A DNA stretch of 63,392 nucleotides, counting the filler, from Dimargaris cristalligena (taxonomy: Eukaryota), in the NCBI GenBank assembly GCA_003614675.1. It is 4 parts of 4 records of this genome, joined end to end, with 100 filler letters (N's around TTAATTAATTAA, not from the genome) between each part and the next. Parts side by side here need not be neighbours in the genome. Positions count along the whole stretch, not along the records: positions 1 to 15,805 come from ML002872.1; positions 15,906 to 31,677 come from ML002873.1; 2 more parts are not named here. One strand, given 5' to 3'. The notes under the pieces were generated by a model. It ran no database searches, had not been told where the DNA came from, and saw nothing but the letters and a program-made list of their open reading frames with translations. This document shows, in pieces, positions 11,951 through 22,915 of this stretch; within the stretch, counting starts at the first letter, position 1; every line of letters starts with the position of its first letter. Made by a program: the position numbers and the translations under genes.

Positions 11951-14900
11951 CGTGGTTGGTCCTATCCTCAATGCTCTTTCTCGCCTATACACACGCACGC
12001 GCGTGCTGACCTGGATGTATGCCCTCCCCCTACCCCTTAATTGGCTGGGGTTAGCATTTCTGTGATATCGAAGAAGGGCTAGTTGGTATTATAATTAGAC
12101 ATGCGAAGTTTTATGCCTCACCAGTTCGGAACCTTTATCATGCACTCTAGCGGTCAGTTCCACCAGCATGTTATTTGAGACTGGGCTGATTAATGTGAAT
12201 GCTTTAGTGAAAATAGGAGACACTAGTTTGATTTATTTTTATGTATGCCATTTGCCCATTTGTAGCGAACCCAAAGAGTACTTCATAATCCCAATAACCC
12301 TCGTAGGGTCGATCTAATTATCTGGTATTTTTTATTACTTTTATCTTCTGTTCATTAATATATTTAGTTATTCTTAGTCCCAACTATGGGTATCCAATGT
12401 TCTACAGGGACCTTAGGGGAAGAGGGTCTCGCGGGGACAGGCTTAAGCTTGGCAGATGTTTTTGAGAAAATGAATGAGGCAGTGGTTGAGCCTGCCATTA
12501 TATACTTACCTGGCTACGATATCTACCATGGCCTTTACCGAAATAACTTAAATGTAAAAAACAGACAGGGTATTGGCAAGCGTGGTCATTGGAAGGAAAC
12601 ATATAGACATACAAAAAATAGATGAGGAATGCGGCATTGGAAGGGATAATATTGCAGCCAAAGCTATTCTAAAATCGATTTTGCCTATCAGACCAATTCT
12701 CACTTTTACCCATACATCAGTTGTATAGATTTCACCTATGTATGTCGAGACATATCCCCTACATATAATTAAAAACCAATGGCATTAAACGAAGCAACTC
12801 TGTTCCATTATTTCCATTTCCATTTGCGTCGATGAATAAAAATATCGTCCGAAAGGTCCTCTAAAGCCAGCACACAAACTCCTCGATATGCGTTGGCCAG
12901 TCAAGATTCTATATTATTTAAATCGCACTCTTCGAAGACGACCAACGAGGGGGATTTCTCAGGAGCCCATGCATCCATAGGAGTATAGTTTTCCACTATT
13001 ACTTTAACCTTGGGCGGGGCCAATATTCGAGTTCGGTGGCTACCCCCCCCCCCTGCACCACCAGTCTACTTGGTTTACAACCCCGCCATTGCCACTACCA
13101 TTCCACTATACTCGACAGAATTTAAAATGTTCGTTTTATACTACAATCTCCTTGTTTCTAATACCTACCGAATACCCTTCAGCTGGGGTGTATACTAATG
13201 GAAACCCCCCAGCTGGGATGGCTAAGCTAAAAGGGTAGCTTTCTAAAAAGAGTATTTGAAAGGGGTTTGATACTTTGAAATGGTCACCCCCCTACCAGTT
13301 TAACAGTATGCAACTATCAGTCTCCCCACCTGCACGCACACGTGGGTATAGCCAATCTCCCCACTTGGTAACTACGAATGAATGAGACCTATATCCCCGC
13401 ATCGACAATAGGCCAGCATGTCCAGATTTGAAGTATCTTTAATTATATACATGTTCTGCCACCCTGTCCACACCCTTTTCAAATGGGAAATAGAGCGACG
13501 AATTTACCCATGACGAGCTAGGCCCCGAATATAAATAAGTGTAGGGGTGGCTGACTGTAGGATATGCGCGCCCGTTCTTTAATTTGTGTTCACCCCAATC
13601 TCCGTCATTACACCATTCCACAGTTTCAGCCCCTTTCATCCTCGCCATTTTGGAGGCGAGGGGGACTTTAGGCCACTATACTCTAATTTCCCGGCCTCCT
13701 ATTATTGATAATATTGAAATACAATATTAATATCAGGTACACGGTCTTGCACGTTTAAATCTTAGCCATATTAGAAGCCCCTATTTTACGCCACTCCCCT
13801 CCCCACAAAAACATATATACCCCCTCACAATAAGAGAAAGAGCGAAAACAGTGCAGTGTGATTGTTGTAGCCATTTTCCATTCAATGTAAGTCCTACAGC
13901 CATCGATTATCCGCCGCTTAATATTTAATGTCATCATCGAAACCCCCCTAATTGTTGGTGGTCGGCAGCTCCCATAGCCGACGGGGATATATTTCAATCA
14001 CCGCCTCCTCTCCAACGAACACACCACCCTTCCCTCCTTCAACATCCAACTCGACCATCACGGTTTAGATTCTGTACCCCCCCAATCATTCACATTACGC
14101 TTTGGGCTAAACGTGAATAATCGATAAAAATAGCTCTAATCAACCACGGCCTATCATGGTGGATCTGCAGCTTAATACTAACGACGGGGTGAAAGTTATA
14201 CCGGCCATCTACGGCGATGAAGAGATAGATAGAGAGGGAGAGGGGGTGTAGCAAATTACAACCAGCATGCGGTCGGTTATTCTGAGCTTTTTGTGGCTGG
14301 CCTATTAACCCAGCGGTAAGCGAAACCTATTTTAGGAGGCGAGGTTTCGTAAGTATGCCGCAATGGCTCAACCACGTACATATGCCCCACCCATGGCGGG
14401 GATAGTACCGGCCATGTATGCCGGCAAATAAAGCGGGGGGGGGTATGTTTTTATTATGGCGCGCTGTAGGCGTAGTTTTCTGATCTACACCATTTCTATT
14501 AATTATAAGGCGGAAAAATTAAGAGATGGAGCAATTGGATGGCAAAAATGTAGATTTCGAATTTAATTAATTATATAATCCCTTCACCATTATTTCAAAA
14601 TGGGAAAATGACCCTTTTTGCTGGGTGTTCGTAATGTATCCCTCAAGTAACTAATACGTTGGCTGGGCCTGGCTTTGGTTTTTTATGCTTGGGCGGTAGA
14701 TTTGAACCGTCCAATGGAAATGCGGAGTAGTTCGGTAGAAACGCCATATATGTTGAGGTGAAAATAGCAAGTGTATAATGGTTGACTGACAGTAATGTAA
14801 GCACAGGCCGACCCGATTGGATATCGGCATTTATTCCCAATTCCTATTTTCACTAGGCCTTTTTTTTTCACCGGTACATAAGAGATACAGTCTATCAACT

Positions 14901-15805
14901 AACCCTATAGATGTATTGCCAAAGGTCGACTATAGACTCGTTTGGGCGCCCCCCTTCTTCCCACTATGCCATAAAGTGTCCTCGATTTTATGGTCATCTA
15001 GGGGATGAGTCCCCTTAGGAACCTATGCACAAAATAACGACATCTCCTTTTTCCAACCATCCCCGTGGAAGAAGCGTGGGGTATTAAGGTATCGCAAGAG
15101 AAAACCATGGTGGCCTAAAAATACCCAAGGTCCTGGGATACAGTATCCATGGCCTTCGGGCCTTACCCCAATTTACGCAAGCCGTGTGCATTTGGGATTG
15201 AATTGATTACGTGTTTGCCATTTTAATGTACATCTGGGCCCAAATCATTAACTAATTATTCACAGTTGGTGTATTCTTTTCGTAAAACTTTACAAGCCTC
15301 ATTTATATCTGGGGATCACCAAAACCTGCACATCCACACTCGAAATAATAACGGCGCACCAGTGGTGTCCGCGCCTAGCCATTATTGTTACAGGTAAAGA
15401 GTGCCAATCTGTAGGATTGCCTCTATTGCTTCTCCCCAATCCACCAGTTAGTGTTACTCATCTTTCCAAACATAGACCAGTACTCTAGCCTATACCAGCC
15501 CCATACTATACACCAAGGCGGAAGTACCAGCAGGACATATCTTTCAACAGAACTATCGATAAAATGAGGATAGGTGGAGGGGGGGAGTAGGCGAAAAAAA
15601 TGTTTTTAAAGAAAAATGATGAATGAGTAGGGTTGTCTAGTTGCGCCAAGCCAAAGAGTATACGGTCTTAATTTGAACGTAAGCAGCCGAAGGAAAGAAT
15701 AGTCGCCAATGCAATTATGCCGAGGAACATGGAAACTGGTCCCTACCTTTTGGGGTTTAATTAATGGGGCTCGTATTCCAGATTACCGGATATATTAAAG
15801 GGTAA

Positions 15806-15905
15806 NNNNNNNNNNNNNNNNNNNNNNNNNNNNNNNNNNNNNNNNNNNNTTAATTAATTAANNNNNNNNNNNNNNNNNNNNNNNNNNNNNNNNNNNNNNN
15901 NNNNN
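15806..15905. other. Artificial contig spacer (N44-TTAATTAATTAA-N44)
   Basis: 100-nt N run with a six-frame stop linker; identical spacers at 31678 and 47546. Confidence 0.98.
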
Positions 15906-17435
15906 AGCTCAGCGTCAGTCAAACCCATCGATCCCAATCGTCAGTTGCGGGTGGAAGCCGCTGTGTGCGACACTGCCGGGCCTCACCGCGCCCCCCACGA
16001 CAAGAAAAAGGGCCGCCAAGCTGCCGATGAAGACGAGGAGTGCTTTATTTACCGACACGCCCGCCAGCGCCCCCAGAGCGTCGCTTACGATTTTTCCCCC
16101 GACCGCTACATCGATCCTCGCCCCCCTGGTGAGGAGACCTTCCCCCGCCATTTAATTCCCCACGACCACCGTTGGTCCATGATCGGACTCGGGGCCGCCC
16201 ATACCGAGCCGGTCAGCCGGCCATCTATGCCCCGGGGTCGGAGTTCCTATTTCCACCTTCTCCCCGACGAGTACCATGACGCCGAACCTGAACCGGCGGT
16301 CGGCTATGGGGAGGCCCCTACTGGATCGACCCCCGGTCGTCGGGTGGTTTCCTCCCCGCATAACGGCATGTCCCCCACCTCCACTCGGCAACTCCCCCCC
16401 ACCCACAGTGGTCTCATGACGCGCGTCCCCACCGGTTCCGAGGCCCACTTGGCCCCGCCCTCGTTCAATCCCCGCGGCCTTAATCGCCGTTCCAAATACA
16501 TTAGTTCCTCCTTCTTCGGCTCGGCCGACGACCTTGCCGAAACGGTGCCCCTCTTTCGTCGGCATCGGTACGCTAGCGATGCCGCCCCAGCTACCCGCCG
16601 GGGCTTGTGTTGGCAGGCCTTCTCCACTTTTATTACCGGGGTCATTCTTCTACTTGCCTTCTGTCTGGCCCTCATCATGCTGAACGCCACCGGTATTCCC
16701 CTGACCGATGTTAATGCCATCGCCATTACTAACGTTTTGGCAGCTGAAAAACAACTCATGTTCGACATTCACATTACCGGCACCAATGGTAATATCCGGG
16801 ATGTGGAAATCGAGAAAATCGATCTCAATATCTTTGCTGCAGCCGAAGTGCGTAAAAATAACAGCTCCCCCGCTACTGACCCCCACGGTGAGGTGCCTCC
16901 GCTGGCCAATCCGGCACTCTTTCTAGGTACCGTCACCAACTTCAATGAACCTGTGGTGTTCCCCGCCGGTTCTTTCCGTCGAGCCAAGACTGCCATTGTC
17001 ACCACCCAGGTGCAGCTCAAGTCCCCCGGTGGTAACACTGCTTCCCTGCCCCTCGACCTACAACGCTTTGCGGTCCGTGGGGAGTCTTCCGCCACTACCA
17101 CCGCTGCCGGAACCACTCCCACGAACCTCCCCGAATCCCCCGCTCCCCCCCGCGTCCCGGATGAAACCGACCCGGAACGGTGGGGTCAGATTATCCTGCG
17201 CCCGTACGACCTCACCGTTCGAGGCACTCTGCGGTATTCCCTATGGTTTAAGCCCCACGTCATTCGCGTTTGCTTTATTCAGCGAGTGGACCCCACCCGG
17301 GATTCCCACATGGTTATCCCCGTCCATATACGCCAGGCCGAGGGCCAGTCTATCCGGCGGACTTCATCGGAGCCCATGATACGCGAGCTAACCCTCCTAG
17401 AATGCGACCGGGATGAACACCCCAGTTTCCAGTAA
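15906..17435 (+). CDS. VAC7: Vacuolar segregation protein 7-like (Fab1 regulator), 5'-truncated at contig start
   Basis: Disordered N-region, a single TM, then ITNVLAAEKQLMFDIHITGTNGNIRDVEIEKIDLNIFA, LFLGTVTNFNEPVVF and RWGQIILRPYDLTVRGTLRY, matching the conserved luminal domain of Vac7. The ORF is open back to the contig edge. Confidence 0.8.
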   Translation, partial: SSASVKPIDPNRQLRVEAAVCDTAGPHRAPHDKKKGRQAADEDEECFIYRHARQRPQSVAYDFSPDRYIDPRPPGEETFPRHLIPHDHRWSMIGLGAAHTEPVSRPSMPRGRSSYFHLLPDEYHDAEPEPAVGYGEAPTGSTPGRRVVSSPHNGMSPTSTRQLPPTHSGLMTRVPTGSEAHLAPPSFNPRGLNRRSKYISSSFFGSADDLAETVPLFRRHRYASDAAPATRRGLCWQAFSTFITGVILLLAFCLALIMLNATGIPLTDVNAIAITNVLAAEKQLMFDIHITGTNGNIRDVEIEKIDLNIFAAAEVRKNNSSPATDPHGEVPPLANPALFLGTVTNFNEPVVFPAGSFRRAKTAIVTTQVQLKSPGGNTASLPLDLQRFAVRGESSATTTAAGTTPTNLPESPAPPRVPDETDPERWGQIILRPYDLTVRGTLRYSLWFKPHVIRVCFIQRVDPTRDSHMVIPVHIRQAEGQSIRRTSSEPMIRELTLLECDRDEHPSFQ

Positions 17436-18639
17436 TTCAACCATGCCTACCCAACCGGCTTCCGACATTTTTGTACACCGCCCCCCCCTTCACCTCTTTT
17501 TCATTATGTACCCCTGATTAGTCATTTTTCTCCACTATGCCTTTGCCGTTATGTTCTTCCCTTTGTGGTTACTATAACCTATCTACTCCTTTCCCCTTGT
17601 TTTATTTATTATTACTTAGGCCGGTATTTATCCTTTGGGTATTCTAAAGATCCATGTATCTCATTCCTTTTTGCTATCCAGCACGTTTTATCCCTCCCTG
17701 TTGTTTTCTATATTTATATACCCAACTCTATTTGATTTATGCATTCACATCCCCTCTAATCATATTACATTTTGCTCTTATTCCCGGTCTCTACCCGAGC
17801 TGCCATTTCATCCACGTTTATCACATTTTTATTCGCACACTACACATATTCGCATGCCTCGCTCTTATACATATCGCACCACTTATGGAACTTTTCGTAA
17901 CTCCCTTTTCTCCCATCCTTACTCCCTCCTGACATCTCTCTTAATGCCACCCCTTCCCACTCATTGCCACTATTTCTGATGTGTATAAATACTCTATTAT
18001 TATTATTACTATTATTATTTTGAGTCGCCAAGGTCGAACTACTCTGACATCATGGGCCTTTTCACACGGCGCGCCCGGATGCTACAGTGGGGAGGGTGTC
18101 GCCGTGTATCCCAAAAGATATTTTCAATAGATACATGTTGGTGCACGTCGGTCGAGTCTGGGCTCGTAATCGATAACTCCAAGCATGGCCTTATTTATAA
18201 GACTAAAATACTGATGTATAAGTTAATAACCTACTCGGAAAAATGAGCAGTGGGCGCTTTTGGCTGTCTACAGGATCCGATGATTAGATTCACTTCTGAT
18301 TGGCACGATACGCCACGCTGTGGCTAATGAGCAGGTAAATGATTACAGCATTACCATCCCTTGCTTCCCGGATCTTAGTGNNNNNNNNAAAAACCAGGGC
18401 TTGGGCATCGCTTAATGAAGTGGAACCCCCCCCCCCCCACACGCAGCACTTCTCAAGTAAGTTTAAAAATTTATTACACATTTCCTGGTTATCAAAATGT
18501 CCGATATTTACACCTATATAAGGGGCAGATAGTCTGAGGTTTATATTAGGGTGGATTAAAAATATAAGTAAAAGGTAATAGCCGCGACCCCCCTAGTTAA
18601 TACATCACCGATTTCTCGTCCACACAACGCCTTCTCTAA

Positions 18640-20516
18640 TTAAACGCGGAACCGACACGTCCCCAGTGCTGACCAAGTTTTCACCTTGGGTAAATCCCAG
18701 CCATTGAGGGACTCCACCATATCGCTCACTTTGGCAAACTCGTTCATGGGCGCCGATGTGAGCGTGATGAAGCTGTTACCTGGCATGATGACCCGGTACG
18801 ACTGGCGCGTGACCAGATCCATGTAATCGCTATGTCCTAAGGCTATTTTCTTCATCGTCACACAGCACGACTTGCGCATAGATTCGTCCTTGGTAATGCG
18901 TTTGGCCAATTCGACCACCAAATAAGCACTGAGGCGACTTTCGGCCCCGAAAATATCAATGAGGTTTTTGGTTTGGTAGAGTTGGGCGTAGACTTCGTAG
19001 TCCTGTTTGCGAGAAGCTAGGGCCTTGATGTGGAGTTCCCAGATGTCTGATAGGGGGCGGATGTCAGGCCAATGATGTAGCATACCATTGACGATAAGGA
19101 CAATTAAATATAGGGCGATTCGGATGAGTTAGCCAAGTCGACCATAGGTCCGTTTTTTTTTTGTTTTTTTGGATTACGTCAAAGGTCCCGAACATCAGCA
19201 TTGCAATGGCCCCCGAAAACCAGGCGAAAAAAAAATCCTACACACTTACCTTGAACTGATTGCTTGAACATGTTCCGCACCTCTTCCCCCCAACTGCTCA
19301 ACTCCGGGGGGGCCTCACTATCCTGCGCCCCTAATTCGTTGAACACCATAGTTTCGGCCACCGTCACGAGCCACGCCGTTTCGGGGAAACTCACTTTCAG
19401 TATGGTCGTGAACTGGCGAATAAACATATCCCGCCCGGGCCGGACCGCCTTCCAAAGCTTGGTGGACAATTTACCATTGATGAATAAATTGACGGCCTGG
19501 TTAGTCGCTACGGTGGTTTGTCCGGCGTAGGTGGGGTAATAACTGCTCAGTTTGGTGAACATGTTTTGGTTGACCCGCTCAAACGTATCGAAAAAGGTTT
19601 GGATACTGCCGTCGCAGAAGGACAGCAGGTCGTGGTCAATTTTGGAAAACGTGGGGATGCCCTGGCTTTTAATGGGGGCAATGTAGGCCGTGTAGTTCAG
19701 GTCAATTTGGTGCATAAGGTCCACAATGGTAATTTGGCCTAGTAACGTTGAATTCAAGAGAAAAAAAGCCGAGAATAAGGGGGAGGAATACGTAGAAGTG
19801 TGCCGCATAGGGTGGCTGAGTAAATTGGGTGGCCAAAGTGGAGTCTGTGAATCGCTCCCGGTTGGTTGTCCTCATTGGGCATTATGGTAGAGTTGAACAG
19901 GGCTTATTTTTAAAATGATAATGATAAATATATACTACATACCTTTCTCGAAACGCTCATTGACCTCACTGTCACATTTCCGTCCACCAATTTCAAAGAG
20001 TTTCCAGCCCTGGTTGGGGTCATCGATATTGCATGGGCTAAATCCCAGTCTATTATCTAATTCGTTCTCGCCTACCCGGGCCAAGCACATCGTTGCACCG
20101 ACGCTATGGATAAGATATACACTGGGCCCCACCCGAATCCAGTTAAAATTGCTCGATTCTTTGGGCGAGCAGTCAAACAACGATAAGGCCGTGTCCGGGT
20201 CCGTTACTGACGATGAATCAGTGAATCCCACGCATTTGTCAAGCACTTGTAACTTTGAAATGACATTACTGGTGGTCGCATCGACCTGTGGGTCAAGGGC
20301 CGTAAATATCCGAATAGTTAAATTGTCCATGGTGAACGGGGAAAGCTCAACAGCACTAGACACTGCGGCATTTTTGTCAACCAAAGCAAGTGCCCGTTTT
20401 TGGGGGTCTTGGATAGAAAATGAAATAGGGAACCCCGTGACCGTCTCGCCTTGCGCAGATAAGGCTAGTCCAAGGAGGGCCATAACCGCTCCGACTATTG
20501 ACGTTTTGACCAGCAT
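18640..20516 (-). CDS. Secreted protein with N-terminal ricin-B-like (beta-trefoil) lectin domain and ~300-aa alpha-helical C-terminal domain; exons 20516-19943, 19738-19250, 19046-18640 (489 aa)
   Basis: Signal peptide; Cys pairs with (Q/N)xW-like motifs (NFNW, NQGW) and MCLA/KCVG. Phase-1 introns GTATGT...TAG and GTAAGT...CAG link three ORFs; exon lengths 574+489+407=1470 nt, divisible by 3. Confidence 0.75.
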
Positions 20517-21499
20517 GCGAACAAGGAATTTGAGAACAGCGAAGCGAAAGGTACACTAGAATCGAGCTGATATACAGCAATCTTGGGTTGTTTGAGACGG
20601 AAGATAAATAATACAAAAAGACAGGGTAAATGTATAGAATAATTAATAGAACAGTAAAAATAACGATGGGCACCGTATTCAGCAATGGGATGGCTAGTTG
20701 TACTATTATATCTTGGACGAGGCCGGCTGGCTTAGAGCGTATTGGCCATTCATAAAGTTCGGGATATAGTTGACCCATACAATTTCAATCCATCCATCCC
20801 CAGACTATCTATGGGCATGTGTGTGGAAAGGGAGGGGGATATACAGACGAAGGGGAGTGAGTAAACTGCCCGAATAAATGTGAAGTAGCAGCGAGAAACT
20901 AAGGCCCCGGTTGGACGCCTCTTTTCATTAACTACAAGGGACAAGCGGGGCTAATGGATAGCCTAATTACGGGCTCTTTATCGACTTATTCCTAGAACAA
21001 AGACCGCTAATTCACAAAACTATTCGAGGCAAATATGGCTTTAACCCCCCCCCATGCTTAACCACCATTTCCCTTCTCCAGCATTACTCTAAGGACTTCC
21101 CGCTTGCAATGGACGGAAAAGGGGGCGAATTTCCCCGATTACCCCCCCCCCCACCTCCTAGCTATATTTAGATTATAAGTACAGTTTTATAAAATGAACT
21201 TGTATTATTTTAGCTCTACAGGGACGTAGGTAAGTTTGGCACAATGGGTGTCAATTGCCACCGGGCCATGCAGGGCTTAACGGTATCTACTGTATTCTGT
21301 CGTATTTAACGTCGAGCCTTCGCGTCGTAACTTGCTTGTGTATTAATAGGACCTCTATGGGCTACCTCGCCGACACATTCTGTTTTATAGCGTGCCTTTT
21401 ATTACTATTACAATTCCGCAATACTCATTTAAGGAACACAGAGCACAAGGACGACCAAACTTGTAAAGCAGCCTCGCCACTATATTGAATGGGAAAAGG

Positions 21500-22915
21500 T
21501 TAAGACTGCAGCATGACAACCCCGTGCGGGTTGACGACACCTAGGGGCCGGAGAAGTCGTTTAAAGTCAATGCTCATCTCACGCCGCCAGTCCATAGAAT
21601 CCCCCGACACGTCGATAAAATGTAGCATCTTATCTCCTGGAAAATGTACCAGCCCAAAATCCTTTTCATCCAAAAAATAGTCCGTTACTATAAGCGTGGT
21701 CTGATCGGGCCCCAGGGCAAGATAGTGCGGAGTGGCATATGCACCAATGGCGAGTTTGCCCATTAGTTTCAGGTTATTAGGGTCGGTGGTATCGAACATA
21801 TAAATATGCCCGCTGAAAGTGGCCGTCACCCACATGCGGGTTCCGGTATTGTTGACCACCAGGGTATGAAATCCCACATTGGTATCTTGGGCATCATAAA
21901 CTACTTTAAAGGTGGCATTTTGCGTGTCGATGAGGTACAGTTTTCCATCCCCCGTACTCGTGGCCACGGCACAGCCGGGACACGTTGTGGGCGATTTCAG
22001 AAACACAACATCCATGATGCCCCCGTGGAGTTGGGGGGTTAGCACCAGTGTGGCGCGAATGCGACGGCTCCCCAAATCCCAGATACGGACGGTATTACCC
22101 GCCTGTACACCGCGGGAGGGTCGGAGGGTGGTGTGTGGATCGACAAAATCGGAGGTGATCATAACGTCCAAGCTCTCCTCGATGGCAATACCGTGCGGGT
22201 GAAATCCAGTTGGTACATCGGCCTCCCGTTCGGGGTATTCGGCGACCAGTCGGAAATCTTGGTCGTATTCGACGACACGACCCCCGCGCCCGGTGGCCAC
22301 TCCGCCCATCATGGTGATAAGGAACCCCCCGTTCGCCAACGCGACGCAGGCATCCGCCGCCATACCCCGGGTCGGTCGGGATGTTTGTACGAGGCGGGGT
22401 TGACGGCGATTGGTGAGGTCGAAAAAGAAGTTGGGGTCCTGGTGCCGCCGAAAGGAGAGGAGACCACCGGCGAAAGCGGTACGACCATCACGGGAAACCC
22501 CGATATGGTGGGCTTCGTTGCCGCGGGTAGGGACCGGGACTAAATTGACCAAGCTAGGGGGACTACGGCTCGGTAAACTAGGGAGGGCAAACACTGCTAG
22601 AAAATCGCGGCTGGCTTTGTTGTCGGGACTGCACCAGACGTATAGGTAATACGCGGCCGCCGAGTCTGGCGGCTTCCCCGCCGGCGTTTGGGATTGTAGG
22701 ACGGACCGGAGAGCATAGGCAATCTGATCATCCCCAGCATCCGAAGCGCTTGAGATAAAATCGTCCCGGGTGTTTAGCTGGGAGGTTTGGTAGTGGGCGG
22801 GTTTTGGCTGCCACCCGTGGGGTTCGATTGACGCCGGGTCGACCGATACCGGGGAGGCCACAGCCATATGCCATAGCCCAATGGCTGATAGAAGAAATAT
22901 GGAAGAGGTGAACAT
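21500..22915 (-). CDS. Secreted selenium-binding protein (SBP56)/methanethiol oxidase-like beta-propeller, intronless, 471 aa
   Basis: Signal peptide; motifs DFLAV, GNEAHHIG, GGFLITMMG, GRVVEYD, HPHGIA, MITSDF, GNTVRIWDL, PHYLAL, NPHG as in SBP56/MTO-family propellers. Confidence 0.8.
   Translation of the reverse strand: MFTSSIFLLSAIGLWHMAVASPVSVDPASIEPHGWQPKPAHYQTSQLNTRDDFISSASDAGDDQIAYALRSVLQSQTPAGKPPDSAAAYYLYVWCSPDNKASRDFLAVFALPSLPSRSPPSLVNLVPVPTRGNEAHHIGVSRDGRTAFAGGLLSFRRHQDPNFFFDLTNRRQPRLVQTSRPTRGMAADACVALANGGFLITMMGGVATGRGGRVVEYDQDFRLVAEYPEREADVPTGFHPHGIAIEESLDVMITSDFVDPHTTLRPSRGVQAGNTVRIWDLGSRRIRATLVLTPQLHGGIMDVVFLKSPTTCPGCAVATSTGDGKLYLIDTQNATFKVVYDAQDTNVGFHTLVVNNTGTRMWVTATFSGHIYMFDTTDPNNLKLMGKLAIGAYATPHYLALGPDQTTLIVTDYFLDEKDFGLVHFPGDKMLHFIDVSGDSMDWRREMSIDFKRLLRPLGVVNPHGVVMLQS

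Noticed and set aside
12502-12530. ATACTTACCTGGC resembling the U1 snRNA 5' end
   Set aside because: No GATCACGAAG loop I, ATTGCAC loop II or Sm site follows; it is simply the reverse complement of a splice-donor consensus.
16152-17379. Overlapping antisense or alternate-frame ORFs over VAC7 (and similarly over other GC-rich genes)
   Set aside because: Shadow ORFs caused by GC-rich codon usage; no recognisable motifs.
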